This document shows positions 12,610-26,328 of a DNA stretch of 64,000 bases, piece by piece (position 1 is the first letter of the stretch; each line of letters starts with the position of its first letter). This DNA is from Eledone cirrhosa (Eukaryota), in the NCBI GenBank assembly GCA_964016885.1, contig OZ024742.1, positions 71,548,001 to 71,612,000 on the forward strand, written 5' to 3'. Made by a program: the position numbers and the translations under genes. The notes under the pieces are model-generated. The model was not told where the DNA came from. It saw only the letters and a list, made by a program, of their open reading frames with translations, and did not search any database.

Positions 12610-12951
12610 CATCATCATCATCATTTCATTTTACGTCCGCTTTTCCCTGCTTGCAAGGGTGGGACGGGAACTGATTCTGGCTTGATTTCTACAGCTGGAT
12701 GCCCTTCCTAACACCAACCTCATTTACAGTGAGTGCTGGGTGCTTTTTTGCCGTGGCACCTCCACGACCACTTTGCAGTGGAATGATAGGGACCCTAGTC
12801 CCTATCATCTCATTTCTACAACTGAGTAAACTGGAGCAATGTGAAATAAAGTGTCTTGCTCAAGGAAACAACACATCACCCGGTCTGAGAATTGAACTCA
12901 CAACCTTTCGATTGCAAGGCTAATGCTCTAACCACTGAGCCATGTGTCTCC
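12610..12951 (-). mobile_element. SINE family A, full length
   Basis: Reverse complement of the 2775-3116 sequence, with (cat)n tail at the left end. Confidence 0.92.
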
Positions 12952-13544
12952 TCCTTTGTACAGCTCAAATCCTATCAAGGATAGTTTTGCTTTTCATCCT
13001 CTCAGGATCATAAATAAAATACCACTAGGGGTACTGGGTTTATTGATGGGGGTGTGTTTTATATGAACTGGATACATGATGTCCTCATCTCCATAATTTC
13101 CACATCCATTTTTCCAAGCCAGTATGGGTATGATGAAACTGTTTAAGGCAGTTTTTCTACTACAGTTAGTCCCCCCCCCCCCACACACACACATATCAAG
13201 CCTTGTACAGTTTCTGTCTACTAATTGTACTCACAAATTATAGTTGAAGACACTTACCCAAGATGCCACACAGGTTGGTTCCAATCATTAAAAGTATGTA
13301 ATTTTGTAAGGAGTGTGATTCTCAGTATGAGAAATCACCATTAGAGGTACAAGAAAGTGTCAAAATCATCCATGGAGTTGTGGGGAGTATGTTACACCTT
13401 TTAGTTACCTCCCTTTACATTTAGAGTTTAAATTCCATCAGGTTTGACATTGGCCCAGCATCCATTCATGGTTGCTATAATAAATACCAGTTAAATACTG
13501 TTTCCCTTCTGCAATAACTTGTGGCTATGTGTGTGTTTATGTTA

Positions 13545-13890
13545 TGGCTGAGTAGTTTAACTCATTTGCTTTACAATCATGACACCCTGAGTTGAATCTC
13601 ACTGCCTGATATCTTGGGCAAGTGTCTTTACTATAACCTCAAGTCAACCCAAGCCATGTGAGTGAAATTGGTTAGATAAAAATTGTGTAGAAGCCTATTG
13701 GATGGATTGTACCTGTAATTCAAAGACCAGTGATACACTGATTTGGTTTGTGAAGTATGTCAAAAGTACACGTGTCTGTACTCAGTACATGTGTCAAAAA
13801 TAGTCAGTCACATGTTAATTCACAAGATGGATGGTCAGTTGATAGAACAACTGAATACTCATCAATGAAACCAACAGAGGATCCACCATC
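13545..13890 (+). mobile_element. Old CORE-like SINE (family D)
   Basis: tcttgggcaagtgtctttactataacctc..aagccatgtgagtgaaattggttaga..tgtacctgtaattcaaag; homologous to 21560-21915 (-) and 56450-56760 (+). Confidence 0.6.
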
Positions 13891-14479
13891 ATCATAATCA
13901 TAATTATTGGTACTAAAATTATTGAAGTGGCAGAATTGGTAAAGTGTGGGAATAGTGACATTTAGTTATGCCTTTTTTGTTCTTAGTTCAAATCTTGCCA
14001 GATTTTATTTGGACCTTTCCAGTACATTTGACATAGTACCAGTAATTCACTGAAAAGAGAGGTGGTTTCATTTAGTTGGTTGTACACTTCTCATTTTTGT
14101 TAATTCAGCTTCTTCATATGTCAACCCTTGCCATGTAACACTCACCTCATTCTTGGGGCTAAATATCAAGAAACTTATAAGTCAAATAAGTTCAGTTTCT
14201 AAATTGAAAGATTGTTTAAGTAATTTATTTCTCCAATTGTGACATCAACACTAGCTCTTCTTCCCCATCATTGAAAATCAAGGACTTATAAAAATGGTAG
14301 TAATATAATTGTACTATACACGGCAGAGTAAAGACTAATCCTAAACAAATTTATTGCATCCAGGACTATATCTAAATGTTAAATATTAGGCTTTTGGAAA
14401 ATGCTGTATGCAGATAAATTCATTTTATGGAGCTGGGCGCAGTTGCCTTGAATTTATAATTGTGCTTGTGGGGTGGATA

Positions 14480-15240
14480 TGTATGCATATCTTTGATTGC
14501 CTTACTTACTACGCTGCTGTTGACTTGTACTGCTGGCCCCTCTATAGGGTCTACTTGGGGTAGAGTCTCTTCTTCCCATGCATTCTCCTCATTTAGTAAT
14601 CTATCATAATGGCTCTTCCACGCATCTTTCTTCTCAGCACTTGTGAGGGCAAGCTCACCTTTATCATTCCGGATACACTTCTCTCCAATGACATCACAAT
14701 TCTCTCTGACACACTGCCTTGCAATCTTGAACACCTCCTGTTTCTGGTCCTCACGTTGCAAAACATGCTTGAATTTTCTATCCTCTGCTTCCCTCCTAAG
14801 TATACTTGTCGCCTAACTTCCCTCCTGGTCTCTATGTAATGTACCCTGCTTCCCCCGTTCTTCCATTCTTTCCATGCCTGTCTCTTGGCCTTAACTGCCT
14901 CATCTACCTTATTGTTCCATCAAGTCACCCTCCTGCCTGTGGTCTTACTCCAGCCACAGATCTCATCCGTCGCCTCTAGTAAGTTATTTTTTAGGAACTC
15001 CCAGTGCTCTTCTACATTGAATGTCGCTATCTGTTCTTACTGTCGTAGACGTTGAGTATAATATCTTTAAATCTGTTACTGGCTGAGGGGGTCTTTCAGC
15101 TTCCAGATCTTTCTTCTCCAGGCTGGCCTCTGTTTTCAGGTTCGTCTGACAACTAAGCTATGTTGGGAGGTACATTCCTCACTAGGGAAGGCTTTTGTGT
15201 TTACAACCGTCCATCTGTCACGTCCTCTGATGAGAATAAA
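14480..15240 (-). mobile_element. RTE LINE fragment (end of endonuclease to start of RT)
   Basis: QREDQKQEVFKIARQCVRENCDVIGEKCIRNDKGELALT...EGPAVQV aligns to ORF 33409-34359. Confidence 0.88.
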
Positions 15241-15554
15241 ATCTATCTGACACATATGCATACAAATACACAAACTTACATGTACAGACAAACACACATT
15301 TATGTGTATGCCTATGTTTTACACCAGTTGCACTGTTGTCACTCAATTGTTTACTATAGATATATAGCACTGCAGTCTACTTTTTCCTGTCTCTAATGAC
15401 TTATATGACCAACTTGTTTGACTATCTTTCATAGCCAAAATCCTGCTATGAAGCAGTTAATTTTAAGCTGATATACATTCAATATTCATAGTTCGCTCAA
15501 CAATCCTTTAAAAAATAGAATATATATATATATATATTGGTAGAAAATATATAA

Positions 15555-16375
15555 TATGTAGAAAAGGAGTAGGCATAAACTCCATATGATGTACTGATGT
15601 ACACAATGTAAATCTTGAGTACTCGATAGGTGTGGTGGGATGACAGGTAGACTAACGGCAAAGGATACTTTGTATGCAGAAGATGCACAGGGGTAATCGA
15701 GGGGAAGAACGTTGGTGATATAAAACTTTTCCAGTCACAGGAAGGGCCATAGAAGTGGTTGATATCTTCTGCTACCTAGGTGACCTAATTAGCAGTGGAG
15801 GAGGGAGTTATAAGAGCATAATAGCTAGAATAAGGATAAGATGGAAAAGGTTTATAGAGCTACTCCAACTGTTGACTACAAAAAGTTTCTCTCTCGATAC
15901 AAAGGGATGGCATATGACACCTACATGCGAAATGCAATGCTTTGTGGTAGTGAAAGATGGGCTGTAACTGCAGAGGACATGAGTAAACTGGAGAAAAATG
16001 AAGCAACCATGCTTCATTGGATGTGCAATGTAAGTGTTAGAGAAAGGCAGAGCTTGGATGAGCTGAGGGAGAAACTGTGTTTAAGAGAAATCCGAGGTGG
16101 TGTGCAAGAAAGAAGTCTGCATTGGTACGGACATGTGATGTGCATGGATGATGATCAATGAGTGAAGAAGTGCCAGGAAATGTCAGGTGAAGGAAGGTGC
16201 AGTAGAGGTAGACCAAGAAAGACCTCAGTAGAGGTTGTGAGAGCTGACCTCAAACCACTGAGATTTACAAAGGATTGACAAAGGATCGCAACGAGTGGAG
16301 AGATGCTGTGCAGGGGAAGACCCATCCAACCCATGCAAGCGTGGAAAAATTGAAGTAAAAACGATGCTGATGAAA
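15555..16375 (+). mobile_element. RTE LINE 3' fragment with tail
   Basis: CRKGVGINS, VVDIFCYLGD, NAMLCGSERWAV, WYGHVM; tail cccatccaacccatgcaagcgtggaaaa..gatg. Confidence 0.88.
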
Positions 16376-16634
16376 ACACACACACACACGCACCTCTTTG
16401 TCCCCCTTCTCCAAAACAACGATTCTTTCTTCTTTGGGTGGTTTCCTTTCTGAGAACCGACTAGCATCTGAAACACCAAGTCTCTTTTGTTCTTTTAAGT
16501 ATTAAACTAATATATTACTATTGCAATGTGTTGTTTTCTGGTACTGTTTTATTCATCTTTTTGTCTTGTATTACACATACATGTACAGGAAATAATTTAT
16601 ATATATATATATATTCTTTTTTCTTTTACCACAG

Positions 16635-16907
16635 ATTCTACAGACAGCAGTTCATTGTCTGCGGAAGCTAATGGTATGGTTACGATACCATGTGGTCAAT
16701 CATCTGAACATGTAGCAGCGGTCAAGTGGTACATAAATGACCAGCTTCTCATCAGCCATGACCTCAAACTAAAACCCAAAACAGTGAATGACTATAGTCT
16801 CATACTGTCAGACCTTACTATGAATGACACAGGAAATTATACATGTAGACATGTCAATACCAATGGAGAGTTCATCAATAATATCACCCATGAACTTATC
16901 ATTCAAG
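16635..16907 (+). CDS. Internal exon encoding an Ig-like domain of an Ig-FN3 cell-surface protein
   Basis: Acceptor ttcttttttcttttaccacAG at 16633-16634; donor G|GTGAGG at 16908; 273 nt, phase 1-1. Translation (D)STDSSSLSAEANGMVTIPCGQSSEHVAAVKWYIND...YSLILSDLTMNDTGNYTCRH...THELIIQ has the Ig B-strand Cys, C-strand Trp and DxGxYxC motif. Confidence 0.9.
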
Positions 16908-17236
16908 GTGAGGATATATTTCTTCTATCATTGTCATTTTCTCCATCAGTTACTTTTGCATCAGTTACTTTTGCATCTTCTGTTTTCTCCTCACCCCCTC
17001 TGCAGGTCAATAATATAATAACAGTCAAGTACTAGTTATATAGGAGTTAATACAACTGACAGTTATCTTTCAACTTAATTAATTTGAGCCAGTATTACCC
17101 TTTCATTCATGTTCCTTCTCTGGATATACATATATGTATAGTATTAAAAAGTGTGGATGTTAAAAAAACGTTCTATACAGATCACATTATGTAAGGAAAA
17201 AGATTTTTAAAAAGGGTTAGAAAAGCGCACCTGGTA

Positions 17237-17298
17237 TACTCTTTTACTCTTTTACCTGTTTCAGCCATCCGGCTGAGGCCATGCTGGGGCACCGCCAA
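17237..17298 (-). mobile_element. Short SINE/LINE 3' tail fragment with (agtaaaag)n end
   Basis: Minus strand ggcggtgccccagcatggcc..gctgaaacaggtaaaagagtaaaagagta. Confidence 0.45.
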
Positions 17299-17399
17299 GG
17301 ATCATTATAACATGTACAAAAATTGATGTTAACAAAGCCTGCTTTCTCCATTTTGGATTATCAAAACATTTGTTATTAGGTTAAATCGTTTTCTTGTTA

Positions 17400-18650
17400 A
17401 AACTCCTGCATGTTGATTCTCGACCAATGTGGTTGAGAAGTTGTTTTCAGTGACTTGATTATTTCACCAATTGGTGGTTCGATTCCATCACACCATACCA
17501 GCTTTCCACACTTCCTCTCTATCATTGCACACTTTAAAATGCCAAACAACATCCCAATATCTTTGTAAATTACTCTAATTGTTTGCACAAAGGTGTCTAG
17601 CTCATCTACATTATGACTGTATAGTTTTAAATCATCCATAAACAATAAATGATTAAAGTTGCTCCTATTTTTCCTTATACTGTATCTAATTGGTACACTT
17701 TTAAGAACAACTGGCATAGGTATCATTGCAACAACAAACAAAATTGGTGATAAACAGTATCATCTAACCATATAGTTATTATGTCATGTAAGTTGCTGAA
17801 GTTTTTTAACCAGTATCCATTTCCATGATCTGACCCACCTTTCCATTTTGTCATCTTTCGCAGCTGGCTTTTCACCTTGTTATTTTGATGTTTTCTTGCT
17901 TCTGTTAGCTGTTTCCCAACCTTCTTTCTCTAATCTGCCTTGTGCTGTACAGAGTTGCTCCAAATGTTATTCTAAAAAAGCATTGCATCTGATCTTACAT
18001 CAATGTTCCTTTTGATTCCTTCCAATTTCTCACACAATCTTTTGAGGTTGATTTGAAAGAGTCTGTTCTGCATATATTGGTTACTTCTCTCTTCATATTT
18101 CTTTAGTTTTGCTATATTTGTTTTTATTTGTTGCTTCACCTCCTCCACCACAGTATTAATTCCATTATCCTTCACATGATACTATCTTTCTAGTGTTTCT
18201 TTTTTTCATTTGTTCTGTAATCTTCCATTTTTTCATTCCTCAAGTTTGCTTAGATCCTTCCTCAATTTTATAACTCTGTCGTGAATCCTTCTCTTCCACC
18301 ATGGTTGCCTGTTAGCCCCTTTTTGCTTTTTAATTCCCAACAAGTCAGCTACAACATTTGCCCAAGCAAGTACTAGAATGTTTGTGCCACTAATGTTTTC
18401 TGTTTGTATTGTGCTTATGACTTCATTGACAAGCTTAGTTTTCTCTTTAGTGTTCTTTCTATCAGCAGCCCTCAAGTTAATTACTTCACATTCACCTGGG
18501 TTTTCCAGTTTTGTCTTTAACGTGTTATTGATTATTTGTTGTTCATCACTAATTTTGTTTCTAATTTCAACCTGGCATCTTTCTGCTGCAGTATTCTCTT
18601 TAACAAAATTCAACTCTTTCAACAGGATCTTGCTAGTTTTGCTCTTCATT
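17400..18650 (-). mobile_element. R4/Dong-like (restriction-like endonuclease) LINE fragments
   Basis: FVVAMIPM..NHLLFMDDLKLY..DIGMLFGILKCA; upstream PWWKRRI and YMQNRLFQ motifs typical of R4/Dong ORFs; (TAA)n on its own strand immediately 5'. Confidence 0.8.
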
Positions 18651-18653
18651 CAG

Positions 18654-18670
18654 TATTATTATCATCATCA

Positions 18671-18702
<32 letters not shown>
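18654..18702. repeat. (ATT)/(ATC) microsatellite
   Basis: Direct reading. Confidence 0.9.
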
Positions 18703-19339
18703 TTGTTCGCACATGGTGAATTTGTTATTGTGATTTTTTAAATTATTATTACCAGTAATATTAATACCTGTAGTATCTTTATGTTTAATCACATTACTTC
18801 TACTTACAATTTCCCCATACATGTTAGCAGGAAAATATTCAGCTAATTTAAAAAGAAACTGACCCTCCTGATTTTTTCATAGCAAGAATTTGTTCTTCCC
18901 TCTTCACTTAATGACATAATTAGATCATTTATTCCCTTTGTATACCTTTCGCTGTCTCTCAAGAGAATGTTTTCACGCGTTACCGTTATGTCTTTCTATT
19001 TTTTAAAAGCAATATATTTTTTCTTAAACTGTTATAGCCACTTAAAGCAGTGTACCAAACGTCACAAATATATTTCTTCTATTTATCCCTGTTCATTCTC
19101 ATTGTAATGAGGTCTGTCTATGATTGACATTATCTTAAGACTTAGTCTCTCCATCTACCTCTGGGGTTGTCCTTGGTTTCTCTCTCGGTATCATACCTTC
19201 CAGACAGATTTTAAAGAGATCCACCCCTGCACAGCATTCATGGACATCTTCCTCTCAACCCATCTCTGGATGTGACTGGCTATCTTGGCTGTGACTTCAT
19301 CCCAATTCCTGTACACTTTAAGATCTGAACTGAACTAAA

Positions 19340-20140
19340 ACCTCGGCAATTTAATTGGCCTATCAGTCTAATGGTTCATAATGCTGTCCAATAGCATGGA
19401 CCTGCCTTTCCAATTCCCAAGCTGCAAGTTGATTTTGCCTTTGTCACTGCCACATACTCTTTCAGAATGGTGCAGACCCCTCCCACTTCTGTGATTTCAA
19501 ACACCATTACATTGGCATCATCTGCATATGCCAACATGGTTCCTACAGTCCCTTGTCCTGCATCAAAAAAGATGCTGTTTAGTAGCTCCAGCTTCCAGAG
19601 TAGTGGCTTGAGAACCAACACATACAGAAGCAGTGAATGAAGGCACCCCTTGGGGCTGGAGCATGGAACATTGAAAGGCTTCAGAAGGTGACCATTTCCT
19701 TTGATGACTGAGTGGATGCCATTGTGCATTGGAGTGACTCAGCTCCTGAAAACAGGACTTAATCTGGCCACTTCCAAGATAGATGCCAGTTAGCGATGGT
19801 TGACTCTATTAAATAATTTTGACTGATCCAAATTGATCAGAGTTGCATCAAAGTTGGTTTCTGACTTACCCTCTCTATAATATATCACATGAAGTGGAAG
19901 TTGTTATGAATTGAACAATTTGGGATCACCAACAATGACAAGTGCCAATACCTTTGCTAAAATCTCAGACTCAGTATCAAGAAGAGTTATGCGCTAGAAT
20001 TGTCTAAGATATGTTGGTATCTTTTCTCAATAGTGTTACCACTCTCTGGCTAACAGAACCAAGAATTCTCCATTCTGTTATCAGATGCTGTAGACACCTG
20101 CCAAGATGACACAAACAAGTTTGGCACAAAGTTGCAAAGT
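19340..20140 (-). mobile_element. L1/Tx1-clade LINE RT fragment
   Basis: Decayed GCLHSLLLYVLVLKPLL (QGCPLSPLLY..LEPLL type) and AYADD. Confidence 0.75.
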
Positions 20141-20149
20141 TCATAAATA

Positions 20150-20300
20150 ATAATAAAAATAGTTTCTAACTTAGGCACAAGACCAACAAAGGGGAAGTTG
20201 GTTATAGTGACACCAGTACTTTACTGGTACTTTATTTTATTGGTCCTAGAAAGGTGAAAGCAAATCTGACAAGAATGTGGAGGGCTGCAACGAAATACTG
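20150..20300 (-). mobile_element. SINE family B, decayed
   Basis: Minus strand gatttgctttcacctttctaggaccaataaaataaagtaccag..ggtcttgtgcctaagttagaaactattttta(tta)n. Confidence 0.65.
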
Positions 20301-20612
20301 TGGCGGCGGCGATGATGATGATATACAACAACAACAATAATAATGTGTAAAACTATCAAATTGAAAATTATTGTTAAAGAAAAAGATATTGGTATTGCTG
20401 TTGTTGTTGTTGTTGTTGTATCTGTGTGTTCTACTGTATTTCAATTATCTCTGTTTTGCCAAAGAGGTTTCCAAACTCCACTAGTAAATTCTATTACAGG
20501 AATTAGATTAGCAATTCTCAATGTTTAACAGACAAAAGACATTTCAATACTGTTGTTGTTGTTGTTGTTGTTGTTTAGTCTGCCAGAAAATAATATTATT
20601 AATTTCTTTTTC

Positions 20613-20643
<31 letters not shown>

Positions 20644-21161
20644 TGTTTTATTCTTTGTTTTATTTCTTTAATCTTTCCCCCTACTATTCTTGTATCCATT
20701 TTCCCATATGTTAAATAGTTATACAATATCTGCAGTATTCTCTAATATTTTTGGCATGAATTATTGGCCCAAGTAATCTTTTAACAACTAATTACTTTGC
20801 CTTAATGTAAATCACTCAACTGTGAAATGTAGGGAGCCTCCCCCTCCATTTGGAGAGAATAAAATAATATACCCTTTTTGTAAATACTGTGACTAATCAC
20901 ACTATATCCTTACATATTAGTAAACATGGCTGCAGCCATTTATGTTAGCAAAACCTTGTCTGTGAATACTAGTCATTTAATCTTTATACTAAAATGATAG
21001 TACTGTGATTTAGCTGATATTTGCCTGGGTAGACTGTTAAGTAAAAAGTAACTAGGCAGAGTTCAGAGACTATTTTACTGTGTTCAGTGTTGAAGAAGGT
21101 CTCTATATGAAGAACTCTACACTTATTATGGTCACTTTCAGCATGTGTATATCTGTGTGTT

Positions 21162-21210
<49 letters not shown>

Positions 21211-21340
21211 ATGAGAGAGAAAGAGAGGCTAGGATATGGATCTGTTTCTAAGTGAAAAGCTTATGCTATGGGGATATTTGACTGCTAACTCTAGTAGTGA
21301 TGGGGTGTTGACATGTTCTTTCTCAGCTAGCAGCTCAAAA

Positions 21341-21518
21341 GCATATTGTTGAAATATCCTTGTTTATTATAATAAAGGCTTCTGCTTATATTATTTAGAA
21401 CTAGGTCCATAAAAGATAGATATAAATAATGGTATATAATAATTTTTATGCAGGTGTTTGCTGAGACATGAAAACTATTTCAAGGGTTTCACAAGGGTAA
21501 AAAGGTTGTGAAACGCTG
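21341..21518 (-). mobile_element. Partial copy of the hAT-type MITE at 28557-28863
   Basis: Reverse complement of its first ~180 bp, including the TIR (ggttgtgaaacgctg). Confidence 0.75.
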
Positions 21519-21559
21519 CTATAGACAATTAATGAGTATCACATATCCGTGTGTTAATA

Positions 21560-21915
21560 TGGGACACTGCTGAAAAACTCTTGAAATATGCCTTCATAGG
21601 TTATGACAATCAGTGTTTCAGCTATTCAATCATTGGGGCAGTTTGCTTGGGAAATTAACAGACAAGTGGCTGAGCATTCCACAAACACATGTGCCCTTAA
21701 CATAACTCTCAGTGAAATTCAGTGAGACACAGTGTATAACCCGGCTGGCTCTTTGAATTACAGGTACAGTACATTAAATAGGCTTCCAAACATTTTCCAT
21801 CTACATAATTTCACTCACAGGGCTGGGGTTAACCACAGGCTGTAGTAAATGAGACTTACTTAAGATGTTATACAGTGGGATTGGACCTGGGACCTAATGA
21901 TTGGGAAATGAACTT
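21560..21915 (-). mobile_element. Old CORE-like SINE (family D)
   Basis: Reverse homology to 13545-13890 (tttgaattacaggtaca, aatttcactcacagggct). Confidence 0.55.
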
Positions 21916-22169
21916 AACTTTTCAATGGCGCGACAATAAAAGAGTACCATCACCTCTATCTTCTCAACTTGATATTGTCTTCTCTCCTTCAAGTAGCAAT
22001 AAAATAAGTACCAATCATATACTTAACTGTTTCCATTGAATGTTCTTTTTTACCAGCGCCATATTGATATAAGGCATTTTAAAACCTGATAGTTTGAACA
22101 CAGTAGATTTCTTCCAGAGAAGGATAGTGTCAGAGAAAGAGGAAGTGAGAAAGTGATATAGAGGAAGAA

Positions 22170-22330
22170 TTGATCCCAGTACTGGACTGGTACTTATTTT
22201 ATTGACCTTCAAAAAATGAAAGGCAAAGTTGACCTCAATGGAATTTGAACTCAGAGAGCAGAGATCCAGAACAAATACCACAAAGCGTTCTATCCCATGT
22301 TCTCATGACTTTGCCAATTTGCCACCTCTA
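22170..22330 (-). mobile_element. SINE family B, older subfamily
   Basis: ctggtacttattttattgacc..tgaaaggcaaagttgacctcaatggaatttgaactcag. Confidence 0.65.
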
Positions 22331-23062
22331 TTGAATATATTCCTCTCTCAAAATGTGTGGCCTTCTGCCAATGTAAGAAGTTATTGTCATTGTTAGTTGT
22401 TGTTGTTGTCAGCTCTGTTAAAACAATAGTTTAAGACTTACATAAAAAAAATGTCAGAAGAACATCTTCAAGCATTTTTTTCTTTTTTTTTTCTTTCCTA
22501 TCTTTCTGTCTGCTCTATCATTTCATTTTTGGCAAATAAATAATGTTTAGAGTCTCAGTCAGACTATGTATTATATGTTGGTGTGTGTGTACACATGAGT
22601 GTGTGCATTCACATACATATACACACACGGATGATAGGAGTGGGTGTACATAAAAACAAACTGAAATAAAAAAAATCAAAGGATGCAAACAAATTCCTCC
22701 TCCTCCTCCCCACCACCTCCACCACCACCACAGTTTCATTGATATTCCATATTTAACTCTAATTTGATTTTCTTCATCTTGTTAGCACTAATGAGCTAGC
22801 GCGCGCACACACACATGTACACATGCCTGTATATTTGTATATACAATCATCATTCTACATCTGTTTTCCCCTGCTGGCATGGGTTTGACAGGTCGTTGCA
22901 GGCCAAATCAACATGCAACTGGAGCTACTGTCCTCCTAAATGAACTAGAGAGGAGGGTACATAGATTGGCCAGAAGTCACTTTTCCAAGTGCCCATGTGT
23001 CTCACATAGATATGTTCCAGTTTTGGCAACACATACTTGCGCAGTAACATTACTTATATATA

Positions 23063-24712
23063 TCTACTATATAAATGGCAATTTTTGTCTGTTTGTGTAT
23101 CTGTGTATTTGTGTATATGTGTATAACTAGTTGGCGCCTACACCAGTGATCCGATCATGATGAAACTTTGCACACATGTTAAGCTAATATTCAGAAACAG
23201 GACCGGCTAATTGGATTTCAATAAAAATCAATAATGGAACTCCTGGGGACATCTTTACAATGGAGGAGGAAAGAGACGTTTCAGTGAGAGAGGGGGAAGA
23301 GGAGATACTACTACTCTATGTTAAACCCACCCTCCCACTACTGCCCTTCCTCCTCCCACACTCAGTCCTCCAAAATGAGGCAACAAGTTATTAGAAATAT
23401 GCAATGCGCGTTCTTGATTGTTCTCCATTCTGTAGAGAAAGAGAGAGAGAGGGTATGAGAAAAAGAGAGAGGGTTGAGAAAGAAAGAAAGAGTGATGGGG
23501 ATTGGGGAGGGAAGAAAATGACAGCAGCATTTTATAATTTTAATTTTTATTTATTTATTCTTGACACACTGTTTCCTCAACCTTACATCTCTTTCACACA
23601 AGACATACTGTGACTGTGTGTGTGTGTTGTGTGTCCCCAGAAGTTACAATGTCCACGCGCGCACACACACAAACACGCATCTATATCTACTATATAAATT
23701 GGAAGTGGTCGGACGTTGTATATGTAGGTGTAGTCGGATAAACGTCGAAACAGCTTGGTGGAATGCAGCGAAAATTTACACAGTTATGCAGAATGACCCG
23801 AGGAGGCGTTGGGTCGACTTTCAAGCTACAAGCTTCCATGGTTACGGAGAAAATCGATGAAACAGGAATTTCCCATTCAAATTGAACTGAGAGTAATCTG
23901 TTAACGCAGAAGTAAATATTTCGAGAAACATTGCAACCGAAGGAAAACAGGAAGACAATATTTTGGTTCGTGAAGACATTCCCTGGCAATGAACGGAAAA
24001 AAATTGAGTATAATATGTCGTTATGTGGAGTGAGAAGAACAATTTCATGCAAAGACAAGACCATGTTTATGGTATAAATGGAGTCGTTACTAATATTCTA
24101 TTTAAAATAACAGAATGATTTCCAGCCCCGGAGTTTAAGAATGATGTAAATAAAATTGAAAACGAAAATGACAGAGGTTATTAAAATAGTAAAAGTAAAT
24201 AGTGAAGATTTAGGCCAGTACATATGTATGCCCCGACGGACACACACACGCACACACAAATACACACACACACACGCACGCGCGTGTAAAAACCTTATGC
24301 GTTTCTACAGTATTTTCACCAAACTTAAGACATAGGTTACTTATGTACTCCGGATGGTCATGGGCACTTTCATTTTTCTAGATATTGATTATAGGGCCTC
24401 CCGGCAGGTAACCCCCTTTAACCACTTCCTTGGAGTCGACTGAAGCACTACAGTGCAATGCAACAAAACGTCATAATTTTGCAACCGATTTTCACAAAAC
24501 TTGACACATGGGCTACATTTGTCCTACAGATGAATGTGAACTCTCAGAATTGGCACATATTGAGTAGAGGACCCCTGGGGGCAGGAACCTCCTTTTGGAA
24601 AAAGCCGATGATTTTGTAAAAGTATAGTTTTCGAAGCAGCACTGAAGTATTGACATAAATGGTATACACAACTGCTATTTAATACCCGAGCAACGCCGGG
24701 TACCTCTGCTAG
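23063..24712 (+). mobile_element. Non-autonomous Helitron(s): 5' ends at 23063 and 23686, 3' end at 24712
   Basis: A|TCTACTATATAAAT twice; 3' hairpin tacccgagcaacgccgggta followed by CTAG|T at 24709-24713, the canonical Helitron termini. Confidence 0.75.
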
Positions 24713-24724
24713 TATATATATATA

Positions 24725-26126
24725 TATAATATATGTAATCTGAGTTTTTTTAATATTAATAATAACATTCAATTCGTTTACAATTATGCAAACATGCCTC
24801 AATTTTATAGCCATGTCAGTAGAATGAACCCTTCATTCTTGCTCTTGCGTTGGCATGGGAACAGAACTGCAGACATGAATGTTTCTGGGTATCACCCTTC
24901 ATCAGTACAGCTCACTGTTCACCTGCCAAACACTCAGAGCTAGTGAAAATATGCTATTTTAAAAAATACACAGAGACTGATCGGCCTGATTTGCATATTA
25001 GCAGACTGGCTGATCAGTCAGATCTGCATATTAGCAGATCCACTGATCAGCCAGATTTGCATATCAGCAGACTGGCCAGTCAGTTTCCTGTATACGAGCG
25101 ATAAATGGCCGGCTTTGCCAAATTCATATAAAAAGAAAACTTTTTTCGCTCTACTTTGCTGAATACAATAAATGTAATCTGAGTTTTTCAAATATTAATA
25201 ATAACATTCGATTCGTTTGCAATTATGCAAACAAGCCTTAATTTTATAGCCATGTTAGTAGAATGAACCTTTCATTCTTGCTCTTGTGTTGGCATGTGAA
25301 CAGAACTGCAGACACTAATGTTTCTGGGTATCACCCTTCATCATTACAGCTCACTGTTGACCTGCCAAACTGTCAGAGCTACTGAAAATATATGCTATTT
25401 TCAAAAATATACAGCTGAGGATGTGTGTGTGTGTCCGTGTCCGTACCCACATAACTTCTACAGTTTGCAACCAATTTTCTTCAAATTTAGAACAAACATG
25501 CGTTACATAACATTTTCAAGTTTTTATCTAATGCAGCCCTTAAGTAGACGAAGGCTGTCGCTGGATCACTGTGACAATCACGTCACATGTGCGAAACTTA
25601 AATAATTGTTGGTTAACATTTTACTCATCTTAGTGTGTTACGTCCTCTTTCCTTAGATAATGCCTCCAAGGAAGAGATCCGCCATTGGTCGAAAAACGGC
25701 GAAAGCTGAGAAAGGGAAAAGAAAAGCAAATGAATTATCAATGGAGACTGAACGTAAAGCTACTGCAAAGCATCAGAAAACTTCAAGCAGCATTGTATTT
25801 AAGACATAGGTTACTTATGTACTCTTTCATTTTTCATGGGCGCTTTCATTTTTCCAGATATTGATTATAAGACCACCCCCCCATCCTTTAACCGCTTCGT
25901 TGGAGTCGACTGAAGCACTACAGTGCAATACAAAACACGTCATAACTTCTGGAGTTTGTCACCGATTTTCACCAAACTTGACACATGGGCTACATATGTT
26001 CTACAGATGAATTTGAACACTTAGAATTGGCACATATTGAGTTTTCAAAGCCAGCACTGAAGTATTGACAAGAATGCTATACATGGCTGCTATTTAATAC
26101 CCGAGCAACGCTGGGTACTTCTGCTA

Positions 26127-26127
<1 letters not shown>
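24725..26127 (+). mobile_element. Second Helitron with an internal duplication and a relic RepHel-like ORF start
   Basis: Same 3' hairpin and CTAG|T at 26124-26128; 25800-26127 is paralogous to 24325-24712; 49-codon ORF 25660-25809 MPPRKRSAIGRKTAKA...; the 5' end lies in the (TA)n run and is uncertain. Confidence 0.65.
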
Positions 26128-26160
<33 letters not shown>

Positions 26161-26328
26161 CCCATGCTAGCATAGAAAATGGATGTTAAGTGATGATGAT
26201 GATATATATACTTACTATTAGCACAGATTACAAGTTTAAGCAAACAATTTCTGCTTTCACTCTTATGCTGGATTTTCTGAGTTTCAGAAGACCCAGTATA
26301 AGGGTGATGGCAGAAATTGTTTGCTTAA

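Noticed and set aside
14480-16375. Twin-priming 5'-inverted RTE insertion
   Set aside because: Orientation fits, but the whole RT core is missing between the parts and about 300 bp of unrelated DNA separates them; two independent insertions are simpler.
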